DNA of 64,000 bases from Microgenomates group bacterium (GCA_049303675.1 JBAQNJ010000001.1:536711-600710); one strand, 5' to 3'; counted from the stretch's first letter, positions 36,981 through 46,959 are shown. The notes: generated by a model not told the origin, from the sequence alone. Numbers and translations are program-made.

Positions 36981-38317
36981 GCCATATCTCTAATCTTCTG
37001 AAGTAGCACTTCTCTCACATTCAAACTCACATCTTTTTCTACTTCTTCAAACAGAGCATCCAGCACTTCACCCACTTTTCGGCTCGGTTTAATATTTAGA
37101 GTTTCCATTACATCCAGCCCATCTACTTTTAGATCTTTGACCGAAAAAGGTTGTTTTTGCACTTCGACAAATCGTTTTTTGAGTAGTTCCCAGCGCCAGC
37201 TCGTTTCCTTAGCCCCGCTGCCTATCCTATCAGCCCGCCGCAGGTCAATCATCTCCTCTAGGTATTCTGGTGTCACATTGCGAATTAGGCGTCGTACCGC
37301 GCTATCAGTTTGTAGTTCCGTAGCCGTAAACATATGCCATCGCACCAGTCTAAATAATTTATCTAATTCTTTATTAGACAGTCTTAATCTTTTACCAATT
37401 TTATTGGCAATTCTACTGCCAATAATGTCGTGATTATGAAAAGTATTAATGCCATTTATTGTTTTCATCACTACCGGCTTGCCTATATCGTGAATCAGTG
37501 TCGCCAATCTAGTGATTGGATCATTAGTTTGGCAATTTCGCAGTGCCTCGAGGCTGTGGGTGAAGACATCGTATATATGGTGACCTCGCTGTTTCATTCC
37601 TTCCCCCACCAAAATTTCTGGCATAATTTCCGCCAACAATCCGGCATTTTTCAGCATCTTAATTCCATCTACAGCCTGATCACTCGCCAATATTTTAAAC
37701 AATTCATCTCGCACCCGCTCCGCTGCAATCTTATTAATTAATGGGGCATTATTTTGGATGGCTCCAAACGTTTTTTCTTCTATTATAAATTCAATTTGGC
37801 AGGCGATACGGATCGCCCGCATCATTCGCAGGGCATCTTCCTTAAATCTCTCCTCTGGATTTCCCACCGCCCGAATAATTTTATTTTTAAGATCATTTTG
37901 CCCATCATATGGGTCAATAATTCGTAATTCGTAATTCGTAATTCGTAATTCCAACGCGATAGCGTTGACCGTAAAATCTCTCCTCTCTAAATCCTCTTCA
38001 ATTGTCTTTCCCCACTCCACCTTGTCCGGATGTCGATTATCACTATATTCCCGCTCCGTGCGATAAGTGGTTATTTCAAAAATCTCCCCGTCTGGATTAA
38101 CTATACTAAATGTCCCATAGTCATTCTCGCAAAAACTATTTTTCGGGAAAATCTTTTTCATTTCCTCGGGAGTGAGGTTGGTGGCAAAATCCCAATCTTT
38201 TACCTCTCGTCCTAGCATCAAATCTCTTACCGCCCCTCCCACCACAAAAATCTCAGATTTATTATCTGAGAATTTTTTCATAACCTTAGTTACTTTCTCT
38301 GGCAATTTCATTTCCAT
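36977..38317 (-). CDS. cca: CCA-adding tRNA nucleotidyltransferase with HD domain
   Basis: 446 aa. Pol-beta NTase head (VVGGAVRDLMLG...DWDFAT) plus HD domain (LIHDIGKP). Confidence 0.85.
   Translation of the reverse strand: MEMKLPEKVTKVMKKFSDNKSEIFVVGGAVRDLMLGREVKDWDFATNLTPEEMKKIFPKNSFCENDYGTFSIVNPDGEIFEITTYRTEREYSDNRHPDKVEWGKTIEEDLERRDFTVNAIALELRITNYELRIIDPYDGQNDLKNKIIRAVGNPEERFKEDALRMMRAIRIACQIEFIIEEKTFGAIQNNAPLINKIAAERVRDELFKILASDQAVDGIKMLKNAGLLAEIMPEILVGEGMKQRGHHIYDVFTHSLEALRNCQTNDPITRLATLIHDIGKPVVMKTINGINTFHNHDIIGSRIANKIGKRLRLSNKELDKLFRLVRWHMFTATELQTDSAVRRLIRNVTPEYLEEMIDLRRADRIGSGAKETSWRWELLKKRFVEVQKQPFSVKDLKVDGLDVMETLNIKPSRKVGEVLDALFEEVEKDVSLNVREVLLQKIRDMA
37919..37950. repeat. heptanucleotide tandem repeat (aattcgt) x4.5 inside the cca CDS
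   Basis: aattcgtaattcgtaattcgtaattcgtaatt encodes the peptide repeat ELRITNYELRI. The same heptamer arrays occur upstream of recA and miaA. Confidence 0.8.
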
Positions 38318-38338
38318 TCTCTATTTTACCCTATTCCA

Positions 38339-38860
38339 TCATTTCTTTCTCCTCGTCAACAACACCGCATAGGGTACATCATCTCCTTTTTGTCTCAATG
38401 CGTCTGTCAGTGTCGTCGTTTCAAATAATTTATCTGCCCCAGCATCGACCTTCAGCAAAGTTCCACTTTCTACATCTCGAATAATTGCCACTGCGTGGCC
38501 ATCTCTTCCTCTACTTGATATTACCATTGCTCCAGTAATATTATTTTCCTTCAAAGTATTTTCCACTTCGGTCAAAATACCCTCACCACCACAAGTTATA
38601 TTAAATCCACGCGCTACCACTAGATCAGACTCTTCGATTATTTCATGATCCCATCTTTTTGGATCTAGTTGACCCGCTATTTTCCTGCGACTAACGGCAT
38701 AAACTTTATCCGAGTTTCCCCCAAGTGTCACTGCCGCCACTTCAATACAGCCGTCTCGTCTTCGTGCCGCACAAAATATACTTATGGTTTCAAAAACAGG
38801 ACCAACTATCTCACCAACACTTGCCATGTTTATTATCTCATTCATCGCCAATACTATCAC
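38339..38860 (-). CDS. hypothetical protein
   Basis: 173 aa. There is a weak resemblance to the PPC/DUF296 family, not confidently assigned. Confidence 0.4.
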   Translation of the reverse strand: MIVLAMNEIINMASVGEIVGPVFETISIFCAARRRDGCIEVAAVTLGGNSDKVYAVSRRKIAGQLDPKRWDHEIIEESDLVVARGFNITCGGEGILTEVENTLKENNITGAMVISSRGRDGHAVAIIRDVESGTLLKVDAGADKLFETTTLTDALRQKGDDVPYAVLLTRRKK

Positions 38861-38932
38861 AAAATAATAAATATATTGATATATTAATAGTCAGGATCTA
38901 CAATACAGCTAAATTATATTTTAAATACATAT

Positions 38933-39208
38933 ATGGCAGGTAAAAAAGGACCCAGAGTTGAAAGTTCACAAATTAGAGCAGTTGGTGCAACTATTGGTAA
39001 AAATGGTCAAGTTGAAAGTATTTCTACCGTGATTCGCTCCACTTCCCTTGAAGCCGAGAACGCTACCCTAGACCTTTTACACCAAATGGGTATTACCTCT
39101 AGACCAATAGAACGCAGTAAAAATAATGGTAAATCATTTGCCCCAGGCCAAAACATGAGTCAAGCGGATTGGGACAAGATTTTCAAAAAAGGTCAATCAC
39201 AAAATTAG
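38933..39208 (+). CDS. hypothetical protein
   Basis: 91-aa ORF followed by a strong terminator. Confidence 0.4.
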   Translation: MAGKKGPRVESSQIRAVGATIGKNGQVESISTVIRSTSLEAENATLDLLHQMGITSRPIERSKNNGKSFAPGQNMSQADWDKIFKKGQSQN

Positions 39209-39227
39209 AACTATATTTCCTACCAAA

Positions 39228-39258
39228 AACCCCTCCGAAAGCTTTCGGAGGGGTTTTT
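39228..39258. terminator. bidirectional rho-independent terminator
   Basis: AAAACCCCTCCGAAAGCTTTCGGAGGGGTTTTT is a perfect GC hairpin with flanking A and T tracts between convergent genes. Confidence 0.7.
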
Positions 39259-39276
39259 ATTTTAATGTAATTAAAA

Positions 39277-39543
39277 TTACATCTGTGGCTTGTCAGGTCG
39301 AGGTAGGGCTTCCTTGACGGCGATATTTCGGCCATCTTGTTCGGAGCCATCCAGAGCAGCCATGGCTGCTTGGGCTTCTTCCTCAGTCTCAAATTCCACA
39401 AAGGCAAAGCCTTTGCTTCTGTGAGAGAATTTATCAAATACTATGTTTGCCGAAATAACCTTACCGTACGCAGAAAAAATCTGTGTCAGCTGGTCATCGG
39501 TCATGTTGAAGGAAAGATTTCCTATAAAAAGCTTTTTTGCCAT
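39277..39543 (-). CDS. RRM-type RNA-binding protein
   Basis: 88 aa. The RNP2 motif is LFIGNL, and the RNP1 motif is KGFAFVEF. Confidence 0.85.
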   Translation of the reverse strand: MAKKLFIGNLSFNMTDDQLTQIFSAYGKVISANIVFDKFSHRSKGFAFVEFETEEEAQAAMAALDGSEQDGRNIAVKEALPRPDKPQM

Positions 39544-39640
39544 TATTTTTGCCCAAACTTGGGCGTTTTAACCTTATATAATACGACCAAGATTAAGGTC
39601 AGAACCCCTTGATCAACAAAAGTATAACATATAATAGCTT

Positions 39641-41242
39641 GTGGACAAGAAAATAAATTTATTATCACCAATTGTAATTAGTAGCCAAACACTATCCCAG
39701 TTAGTGCCAACTCTAGTTCACAATCGTTCCATAACCGATTTCGATGAATTTATCAATCCACCCTATCCCAAATTAAAACTAACTCTAAAACCAGCCATCA
39801 ATCTAATAAATAAAATTATAAAATCACGTAAAAATATCCTTATTTACGGGGATTACGATGTCGACGGCATTACTGCCACTGCCGTACTTTGGCAGGCAAT
39901 TTACAAAAATTATCCGAACGTCACCCCCTTTGTTCCCCATCGTCAACGTGATGGTTATGGTATCAAGGCCGCCTCATTTTTTCGTTTCCAGCAGGAGAAA
40001 AACATTCAATTTGATCTGTTAATTACTGTCGACAACGGTATCGTGGCCGACAAAGAATTGGCCAAAATCAAGTCCAAACAGCCGATAAAAATAATTGTTA
40101 CCGATCATCATCTAGGTAACGTCAAATTAGAATCTGCCGATTGCATTGTCCACAATGTCTTAATATCAGGTGCTGGAGTATCTTGGTTTCTAGCCAAAGA
40201 ATTGGATCCCAGTGCTGATTTGGGGTTGGCTGCCCTAGGTAGTGTGGCTGACTGTCTACCACTCACTGGTGTCAATCGTTCTCTGGTCGTTCATGGTCTA
40301 GCCCAAATAAATTCCACGCCCTCCCTTGGTCTCCAGAAGCTAATTCAAATTTCTGGTATCCACCATCCAGTTTCTGTCTATGAATTGGGTTTTCTTATCG
40401 GTCCACGGATAAATGCAATTGGCCGGCTCTCCGATCCCACCGATGCCTTGCGACTTTTATGTAGTCAAAACAACCTTCAAGCCTCACGTTATGCCAAGTC
40501 GCTCAATGATTTTAATCAAGACCGCCAAGTCATCCAAAAAGATTCACTTGAGCAGGTTGAATTATCAATAAGTAAGGGCGAGTCTCGTGCTCGCCCCAAC
40601 CAAAAAATCATCTTTGTCTCTGGTCCATATAATGCCGGAATCATTGGTCTAATTGCCGGTCGACTCACCGGAAAATATTATTTGCCTTCAATTGTGATTA
40701 GTGTCGATGGCGATATCGCCAAGGGCTCCTGTCGCTCTATTCCCGAACTAAATATTATTGAATCTCTCCGCCATCATTCTGATTTGTTTATTGATTTAGG
40801 GGGCCACTCCGGTGCGGCAGGCTTTAGTATTTTAACCAAAAACATCAATAAACTAGAGAAATCCATACTGAAAACTGTTAACTCCAAACTCAACAAATTG
40901 AATTTAATGCCCCATCTTGACGTTGATTTACAAATGGATTTATCTGTAGTCAATACCAAAACCATCAAATCAATTCAGCAGTTGGCTCCTTTTGGTATTG
41001 GCAACCCCGAGCCATTATTTTTATTCAAAGATCTAAATATTCAAAATATCCGAACCATCGGCCAAACTAATGATCACCTCAAACTAAAATTAAATAATAT
41101 CGATGCCATTGCCTTTAAAAAAGGGGAGTTAGTCCACAAATTAAAAGTTGGCGATAGCCTCGACGTTATCGCCAGTTTGTCAATCAACGAATGGAACAAT
41201 GTTAGCTCCCCTCAGTTGATAATTAAAGAAATTATCATATAA
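39641..41242 (+). CDS. recJ: single-stranded-DNA-specific exonuclease RecJ
   Basis: 533 aa, GTG start. The sequence carries DHH family motifs (IYGDYDVDGITA, VTDHH) and a DHHA1 region (GGHSGAAG). Confidence 0.88.
   Translation: MDKKINLLSPIVISSQTLSQLVPTLVHNRSITDFDEFINPPYPKLKLTLKPAINLINKIIKSRKNILIYGDYDVDGITATAVLWQAIYKNYPNVTPFVPHRQRDGYGIKAASFFRFQQEKNIQFDLLITVDNGIVADKELAKIKSKQPIKIIVTDHHLGNVKLESADCIVHNVLISGAGVSWFLAKELDPSADLGLAALGSVADCLPLTGVNRSLVVHGLAQINSTPSLGLQKLIQISGIHHPVSVYELGFLIGPRINAIGRLSDPTDALRLLCSQNNLQASRYAKSLNDFNQDRQVIQKDSLEQVELSISKGESRARPNQKIIFVSGPYNAGIIGLIAGRLTGKYYLPSIVISVDGDIAKGSCRSIPELNIIESLRHHSDLFIDLGGHSGAAGFSILTKNINKLEKSILKTVNSKLNKLNLMPHLDVDLQMDLSVVNTKTIKSIQQLAPFGIGNPEPLFLFKDLNIQNIRTIGQTNDHLKLKLNNIDAIAFKKGELVHKLKVGDSLDVIASLSINEWNNVSSPQLIIKEIII
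41210..41235. repeat. 26-bp direct repeat (copy 1, recJ 3' end)
   Basis: cctcagttgataattaaagaaattat is 23/26 identical to 41598-41623. Confidence 0.65.
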
Positions 41243-41243
41243 T

Positions 41244-41576
41244 ATGAACTATATGACAAAGAGATACGATGTAGTTGCCATTGGACATCTACACCAACAA
41301 ATTGTTCCACATGATTTTAATATTATCGCTGGAATGAGATACCCCGACGTCGGTATTGAAGTTAGTGATATTGGTTTAATTAGGCTAGATAAGAGAATCA
41401 GAGTTGCCAGTGTCAAGAGACTTGAAAATGATGGGCACTTCGAAGTACGACGTGGTAAATTAGGAAAAATTACTCTTCCTCCCCCTCGCACCTACGAGGG
41501 ACGAATCGAATTTCTTAGTCCAGATGAGTCCGTTGTCTCAATTACTTTTCCAAGAAAAACTGTCAAAGAAGTCTAA
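41244..41576 (+). CDS. hypothetical protein within a direct-repeat-flanked cassette
   Basis: 110 aa with no recognised domain. Flanked by 26-bp direct repeats that copy the recJ 3' end. Confidence 0.45.
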   Translation: MNYMTKRYDVVAIGHLHQQIVPHDFNIIAGMRYPDVGIEVSDIGLIRLDKRIRVASVKRLENDGHFEVRRGKLGKITLPPPRTYEGRIEFLSPDESVVSITFPRKTVKEV

Positions 41577-41597
41577 TGGAAATCAAACTCCATTATT

Positions 41598-41623
41598 CCT
41601 CAGCTTATAATTAAAGAAATAAT
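41598..41623. repeat. 26-bp direct repeat (copy 2)
   Basis: cctcagcttataattaaagaaataat is a non-coding copy of the recJ terminal codons. Confidence 0.65.
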
Positions 41624-41643
41624 ATTTTAAATAAATTTGGCAC

Positions 41644-41699
41644 CCTCCTTGTCAAGGGAGGGGGATGTCACGACTAATGTCGTGACAAGGGGCTGGGTT
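41644..41699 (+). repeat. structured hairpin repeat element, copy a
   Basis: ccctccttgtcaagggaggg, then the TGTCACGAC-TAAT-GTCGTGACA hairpin, then aggggctgggtt. Same architecture as copies at 44372, 45485, 48028, 53591 and 63388. Confidence 0.75.
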
Positions 41700-41716
41700 A
41701 AATATATAATTCCTCT

Positions 41717-43468
41717 ATGAATCGTAGCAAAACTATCGAGTGTTTGGTCCTTGTCGGTCAAACCGTCAAATTGCAGGGTTGGGTGGCCAATATTCGTGAT
41801 CATGGTCAATTAGCTTTTATTGATTTACGTGATTGGTTTGGCACAGTTCAAATCGTCACCAATAGGGAGATTGACTTTGGTAAAGAATGGGTCATCGAGG
41901 TCGAGGGTCTGGTCAAAAATCGTGATCCAAAATCAGTCAACACCAAAATACCCACAGGTTCAATCGAAATAGAGGCGACTCGGATCACTATCTTGAACAA
42001 ATCTGAGGTCTCTCCCTTTCCACTCGACACCGATGGCACCGAACAGGACGAAAACTTGCGTCTCAAATACCGTTATCTTGACTTGCGACGGACTCGACTA
42101 GCCAATATTATTCAAAAAAAACACAAATATATTTTAGCTGTCCGTAATTGGATGGACAACGCCGGTTTTACCGAAATTATCACCCCTCTTCTGACCACTA
42201 GTTCTCCTGAGGGTGCCCGTGATTTTCTGATTCCCTCGCGGATTCATCAAGGTAAATTTTTTGTTCTCCCTCAGGCTCCCCAGCAATTCAAACAATTACT
42301 CATGGTTGGCGGTATTGATCGATATTTTCAAATTGCTCCTTGTGCCCGTGATGAGGATCCTCGGGCTGATCGCCATGCTGGAGTCTTTTATCAAATCGAT
42401 ATCGAAATCAGTTTTCCCACTATTGATATTATTTTTTCCACTGCCGAGAATCTGCTCCGTGACACTATTTCCACCATTGCCCCCCAAAAGAAAATTACCA
42501 CTTTCCCTTTCCCTCGGATTTCTCACACCGATGCCCTGAATCGCTATGGCTCCGACAAGCCAGATATTCGTTTTGGCCTCGAGCTTCAGGATGTCACCTC
42601 CATATTAAAAAATAAAACCGAATTTAATGTCTTTAACAATGCAGAAATTATAAAAACAATAGTAGTAACCGGTGGTGGTGAATTTTCCAAAGCCCAAATC
42701 AATACTTTGGAGTTTGCCGCCAAAGAAAAGGGAGCCAAGGGGCTAGCCTATACCAAGGTTACCCAGAATGGTTTTGATACTGGTATTTCCAAATTCATTG
42801 AATCAACAAAAAATGATTTAATCAATTCTACAAAAGCACAAGAAGGGGACCTCTTAATTTTTGTCGCCGATAATTCAAAGACAGTCAACAAATCACTTGG
42901 TCATGTCCGCAATCTCTTGGGCACAATGCTAAATTTAATTGACCCAAATCTCCTCTCATTTGCTTGGATCACTGGTTTTCCTTTTTACGAAATCAATGAT
43001 GAGGGTATATTGGATTTTGGTCACAACCCTTTTTCTATGCCAGTCGGTGGCATCGATGCTCTTAACTGTAACGATCCCTTATCTATCGAGTCCCATCAAT
43101 ATGATTTGACTCTCAATGGTTTCGAGTTGGCCTCTGGCAGTATTCGCAATCACGAACCTGAGACTTTAGTCAAAGCCTTCGAAATAGTCGGTTATGGCCG
43201 CGACGAAGTCATTCGTAAATTTGGTGGCCTCTACAACGCTTTTCACTATGGCGCCCCACCCCACGGTGGCTGGGCTATTGGTTTGGATCGGCTCTTAATG
43301 CTCTTGCTTGATGAGCCCAATATTCGCGATATCTACGCTTTTCCTCTCAATTCCAATGGCATCGATGTCCTGATGGGCGCCCCGAGCGTTGTCGACGAGC
43401 GGCAACTATCCGATGTTGGTATCAAATTAATCCATGAAGACAAAATTAAAAAACCTGCCCAAAAATAA
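41717..43468 (+). CDS. aspS: aspartate--tRNA ligase
   Basis: 583 aa. Anticodon-binding OB fold, class II motifs ([20 protein letters not shown]) and a GAD insertion. Confidence 0.95.
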   Translation: MNRSKTIECLVLVGQTVKLQGWVANIRDHGQLAFIDLRDWFGTVQIVTNREIDFGKEWVIEVEGLVKNRDPKSVNTKIPTGSIEIEATRITILNKSEVSPFPLDTDGTEQDENLRLKYRYLDLRRTRLANIIQKKHKYILAVRNWMDNAGFTEIITPLLTTSSPEGARDFLIPSRIHQGKFFVLPQAPQQFKQLLMVGGIDRYFQIAPCARDEDPRADRHAGVFYQIDIEISFPTIDIIFSTAENLLRDTISTIAPQKKITTFPFPRISHTDALNRYGSDKPDIRFGLELQDVTSILKNKTEFNVFNNAEIIKTIVVTGGGEFSKAQINTLEFAAKEKGAKGLAYTKVTQNGFDTGISKFIESTKNDLINSTKAQEGDLLIFVADNSKTVNKSLGHVRNLLGTMLNLIDPNLLSFAWITGFPFYEINDEGILDFGHNPFSMPVGGIDALNCNDPLSIESHQYDLTLNGFELASGSIRNHEPETLVKAFEIVGYGRDEVIRKFGGLYNAFHYGAPPHGGWAIGLDRLLMLLLDEPNIRDIYAFPLNSNGIDVLMGAPSVVDERQLSDVGIKLIHEDKIKKPAQK

Positions 43469-44363
43469 TCAGCTTTTATTTTGGCTATTATCAACGGTTA
43501 TCTTGCTATCTAGTTTTTTAATATTTTTTTTATACAAATCGCCACTAGCAGTCAATTCTCCTGTCTTTGCACCCATTTCTCTCTACCAGCATCCACTTAT
43601 CCCCCATGTTAATGCCACTACTAATCCTCACTTGTTAGCCAAAAATTATATTTTAATTGATATCGCCACCAACACTATTTTATTATCTCAAAACCCCCAT
43701 GGGCGAATTTATCCGGCTTCTACCACCAAGTTAGCTACCGCCCTGACTGCCCTCAATATCTATCCTCTCGACGAAGTAGTCAATATTGGGGCCACTTATG
43801 CCGAGGGTAAAGTTATGGAATTGAAAAGCAGCGAAAATATCACCATCCGTTCACTAGTCACCGCCCTCTTAGTCTATTCCGCCAACGACTCTGCCTACAA
43901 TTTAGCCAGTCATCATCAACTAGGTGTTGCCGGATTTATCAAAGAAATGAATTCAATCGCTACAAAATATAATTTATCGGACACCCATTTTGTCAATTAT
44001 GATGGCATCCATTCCGATAATCACTACAGTTCAGTTTGGGACTTATCCCAGTTAGGCCGACTGGCCATCAAGAATCAAATTATTCGAGATACAGTCAAAA
44101 GTAAAAACATTACAGTTACCGACACTAGTGGCAAAATCGTTCATCTCCTCGAGTCCACCAACGAGCTACTCGGCGTTATCCCTGAGATAGAGGGTCTCAA
44201 GACCGGTTGGACACCCGAGGCCGGTGGTTGTTTTGTCGCTCTAATCAATATTAACGGTCACGAATTAATTAGTGTAGTTGCCCAAAGTGATGATCGTTTT
44301 GGTGATACTACCAAGATTGTTTCTTGGGCCAAAGACAACATCTCTTGGCAATCCTATAAATAA
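43434..44363 (+). CDS. D-alanyl-D-alanine carboxypeptidase (peptidase S11, PBP5-like)
   Basis: N-terminal TM anchor. The SxxK motif is ASTTK, the SxN motif is SAND, and a KTG-like triad (KTGWT) is present. Confidence 0.8.
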   Translation: MKTKLKNLPKNNQLLFWLLSTVILLSSFLIFFLYKSPLAVNSPVFAPISLYQHPLIPHVNATTNPHLLAKNYILIDIATNTILLSQNPHGRIYPASTTKLATALTALNIYPLDEVVNIGATYAEGKVMELKSSENITIRSLVTALLVYSANDSAYNLASHHQLGVAGFIKEMNSIATKYNLSDTHFVNYDGIHSDNHYSSVWDLSQLGRLAIKNQIIRDTVKSKNITVTDTSGKIVHLLESTNELLGVIPEIEGLKTGWTPEAGGCFVALININGHELISVVAQSDDRFGDTTKIVSWAKDNISWQSYK

Positions 44364-44371
44364 TTTGTGCA

Positions 44372-44421
44372 TTTCCCTTTCTTCAAGGGGAGATCCCGAC
44401 TTTATGTCGGGAGAGGGGTTT
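44372..44421 (+). repeat. structured hairpin repeat element, copy b
   Basis: ttccctttcttcaaggggaga, then the TCCCGAC-TTTAT-GTCGGGA hairpin, then gaggggttt. Lies between convergent genes. Confidence 0.75.
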
Positions 44422-44423
44422 AA

Positions 44424-45461
44424 TTATTTTATATAACTATCCTTTACTGCCGTCACATAGGCGGCAAACTTACCATCGCCTTCAAACACATAAATTGGTT
44501 GTAAATAATTTGTTAGGCTAATTGGCTCAAAATAAGCCAAATATATGTTTCGTATCGCCACATTATTGGCCACCACATCCGATGCTGGCCAATAGTTCCC
44601 TGACTTTAGGTCATTAAATGCTTCCTCAGCTGTTTTTATAGGATAAGTAGAATATATCTCTCGGTCTATGTTGGCATATTTATAATTTACTTCGACTACT
44701 TTTCTCCCCTCCGTTTGTGAGCCAGTAACTAGCACCGACACCGATGCACCATTAATATCTGTCGACATTATTTTCATATTGTCGGCAATAACTTTTCTAA
44801 AGAAGTCTACCTTAACAATATTTGCCTCGGACAAGGATGAGACCGATTTTAGTCCCTCAAATCCTATTTTCCAAAAGCTAACTTTAGCATCCCCTTCGAC
44901 TAAATCAGTCGGGAATTTACTTCCTCCTGACAAATATCCCTTGGCAATATTAACCGCCTCTTCCTTAGTGGGCATCTTTTCCGGATTCAGCAATAGTTGG
45001 TCACTTTCATACGGGTATTTAAGGCTAAAACTGCCATCCAATACATTCATAGTCAGTGTCAAGTTCAGGCTATCATTTTTGAATTCATAGACCCCATATT
45101 TTACTTCACTTGGCTTACCCACAAATCCGAGGTCTCTGGCAGTAATCGTATCCTGATCTAAGGCCAAAAAAGTATTATCCGGTCTAGTAATTACAAACAC
45201 CCTCGCTTGATCTTTGTAGACTGGAAACTTGTCGCTGGCCAGCTCAGTCGTAAAATTTTTCTTTTCAAATTTTTTCTCAGGGAAAACCGTCTTGGGCAAC
45301 AATCCAAATTTTACATCGGGGGGAGTATAGGGTGGATGGGCTCGGACATAGGCCGCAATCCCCATCCCAATCAACATGTACAATCCTGTAAAAATAGCAA
45401 TTCCCACTCCTCCGTATTTTATTATTTTCCGACTAACATAAGCTGTGTGCGTCAAAGACAT
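44424..45461 (-). CDS. hypothetical membrane-anchored protein
   Basis: 345 aa, one N-terminal TM helix then a large extracytoplasmic domain. No confident family. Confidence 0.45.
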   Translation of the reverse strand: MSLTHTAYVSRKIIKYGGVGIAIFTGLYMLIGMGIAAYVRAHPPYTPPDVKFGLLPKTVFPEKKFEKKNFTTELASDKFPVYKDQARVFVITRPDNTFLALDQDTITARDLGFVGKPSEVKYGVYEFKNDSLNLTLTMNVLDGSFSLKYPYESDQLLLNPEKMPTKEEAVNIAKGYLSGGSKFPTDLVEGDAKVSFWKIGFEGLKSVSSLSEANIVKVDFFRKVIADNMKIMSTDINGASVSVLVTGSQTEGRKVVEVNYKYANIDREIYSTYPIKTAEEAFNDLKSGNYWPASDVVANNVAIRNIYLAYFEPISLTNYLQPIYVFEGDGKFAAYVTAVKDSYIK

Positions 45462-45484
45462 AAAATATTCTACATTATTTTAAG

Positions 45485-45516
45485 TCTCCCTTGTTAAAGG
45501 GAGATTTAGAGGGATT
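45485..45516 (+). repeat. structured hairpin repeat element, copy c
   Basis: tctcccttgttaaagggaga plus agagggattgaa. The ends are identical to copy f at 48028-48093. Confidence 0.7.
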
Positions 45517-45519
45517 GAA

Positions 45520-46959
45520 ATGCTAAAATATCCCATGTCTTCTACTACTGTTCGTACCCGTATTGCGCCTAGCCCCACTGGTGAATATCATATTGGTCAT
45601 CTTCGCACCTGTCTTTACGACTATGCCCTAGCTCGCCAAAGTGGCGGTCAGTTTGTCATTCGTATTGAGGACACCGACCAAAAAAGATTTGTCCTCGGTG
45701 CTACCGAGAAAATTTTAGAGGTAATCAAAGATTATGGTCTCACTTGGGACGAAGGTCCTGATGTTGGTGGTCCCTATGCTCCCTATATCCAGACCCAACG
45801 TCTGTCCACCTATCAACCGATAGTCGACGAACTAGTCAAAAAAGGCCATGCATATCACTGTTTTTGCAGCCAAGAGACCCTCGACCAGATGCGTGAAGTC
45901 CAAAAAGCTGCCAAAAAAATACCCAAGTATGACCGTCGTTGTCTCAAACTGACTCCAGAGGAAATTAAGACCAAGATAAACAATGGTGAGCAGTCTGTTA
46001 TCCGCATGCGTATTCCAGATCGTGAGACCATCGAATTTACCGATCTTATTCGTGGCAAAATAAAATTTAACTCGAGTGATATCGACGATCAGGTACTTAT
46101 AAAATCAAATGGCATTCCCACCTATCACTTTGCCGTGGTGGTCGATGACCATCTCATGAACATTACTCATATTTTTAGGGGTGAGGAGTGGATCACCTCT
46201 ACCCCCAAACAAATTTTACTTTATCGTTTTATGGGTTGGGATGTCCCTCTCTTTGCTCACTTGACGGTTCTGCTCGATCCGGGTGGACAGAAAAAAATGA
46301 GCAAGCGTAGCGGTTCTGTTTCCGCTCGTTCATTCTTGGATGACGGTTATTTGCCCGAAGCTATGCTAAATTTTCTGATGCTACTAGGGTGGAACTCCGG
46401 CACGGAAAAAGAGATATTCTCCCTCGAAGAATTTGTCAAAGAATTCAGCCTCGATCATTTACACAAAAAATCTCCAGTTTTTGATCGCCAAAAATTAGAT
46501 TATTTTAACGGATTATATATTCGTCGGTTATCTGACGAAAAATTATTTGCTTATTTCAAAAATTTTTTACCCTCAGCCAGCGACGAACAAGTAAAAATAT
46601 TAGCTCCAGTCTTAAAGGAACGAATCGTCAAATTTTCCGATTTAAAAGAATCACTTAAATTTTTATTTGAAGACGTTGTCTACGACAAAGAATTATTACT
46701 CAAGAAGGGGACTAGTGTCGAAGTTGCTCGCGATATGTTGACTCAGACAAAAAATGTTTTTATAGATTTTACAGATTTACAGCCCAAGATAGACAGTTTA
46801 ATTGCTGATAATAATTGGAGCAAGGGCGAATACTTTATGGTACTCAGAGTGGCTATCTATGGTTCTGCTTTTACTCCCCCAGTGGTCGAATGTCTACCCG
46901 CTCTGGGTCCAGAAAAATCCATTCACAAATTAGATCTGGCCATCAATTTGCTAAAATAA
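45520..46959 (+). CDS. gltX: glutamate--tRNA ligase
   Basis: 479 aa. The HIGH motif is PSPTGEYHIGHLRT, and the KMSKS motif is KMSKRSGS. Confidence 0.92.
   Translation: MLKYPMSSTTVRTRIAPSPTGEYHIGHLRTCLYDYALARQSGGQFVIRIEDTDQKRFVLGATEKILEVIKDYGLTWDEGPDVGGPYAPYIQTQRLSTYQPIVDELVKKGHAYHCFCSQETLDQMREVQKAAKKIPKYDRRCLKLTPEEIKTKINNGEQSVIRMRIPDRETIEFTDLIRGKIKFNSSDIDDQVLIKSNGIPTYHFAVVVDDHLMNITHIFRGEEWITSTPKQILLYRFMGWDVPLFAHLTVLLDPGGQKKMSKRSGSVSARSFLDDGYLPEAMLNFLMLLGWNSGTEKEIFSLEEFVKEFSLDHLHKKSPVFDRQKLDYFNGLYIRRLSDEKLFAYFKNFLPSASDEQVKILAPVLKERIVKFSDLKESLKFLFEDVVYDKELLLKKGTSVEVARDMLTQTKNVFIDFTDLQPKIDSLIADNNWSKGEYFMVLRVAIYGSAFTPPVVECLPALGPEKSIHKLDLAINLLK

Noticed and set aside
41643-41716. T-box riboswitch or attenuator upstream of aspS and gltX
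   Set aside because: It was considered because hairpin elements precede two aaRS genes. No T-box consensus (AGGGUGGNACCGCG) or specifier-loop architecture is present, and the same element occurs at non-aaRS sites.
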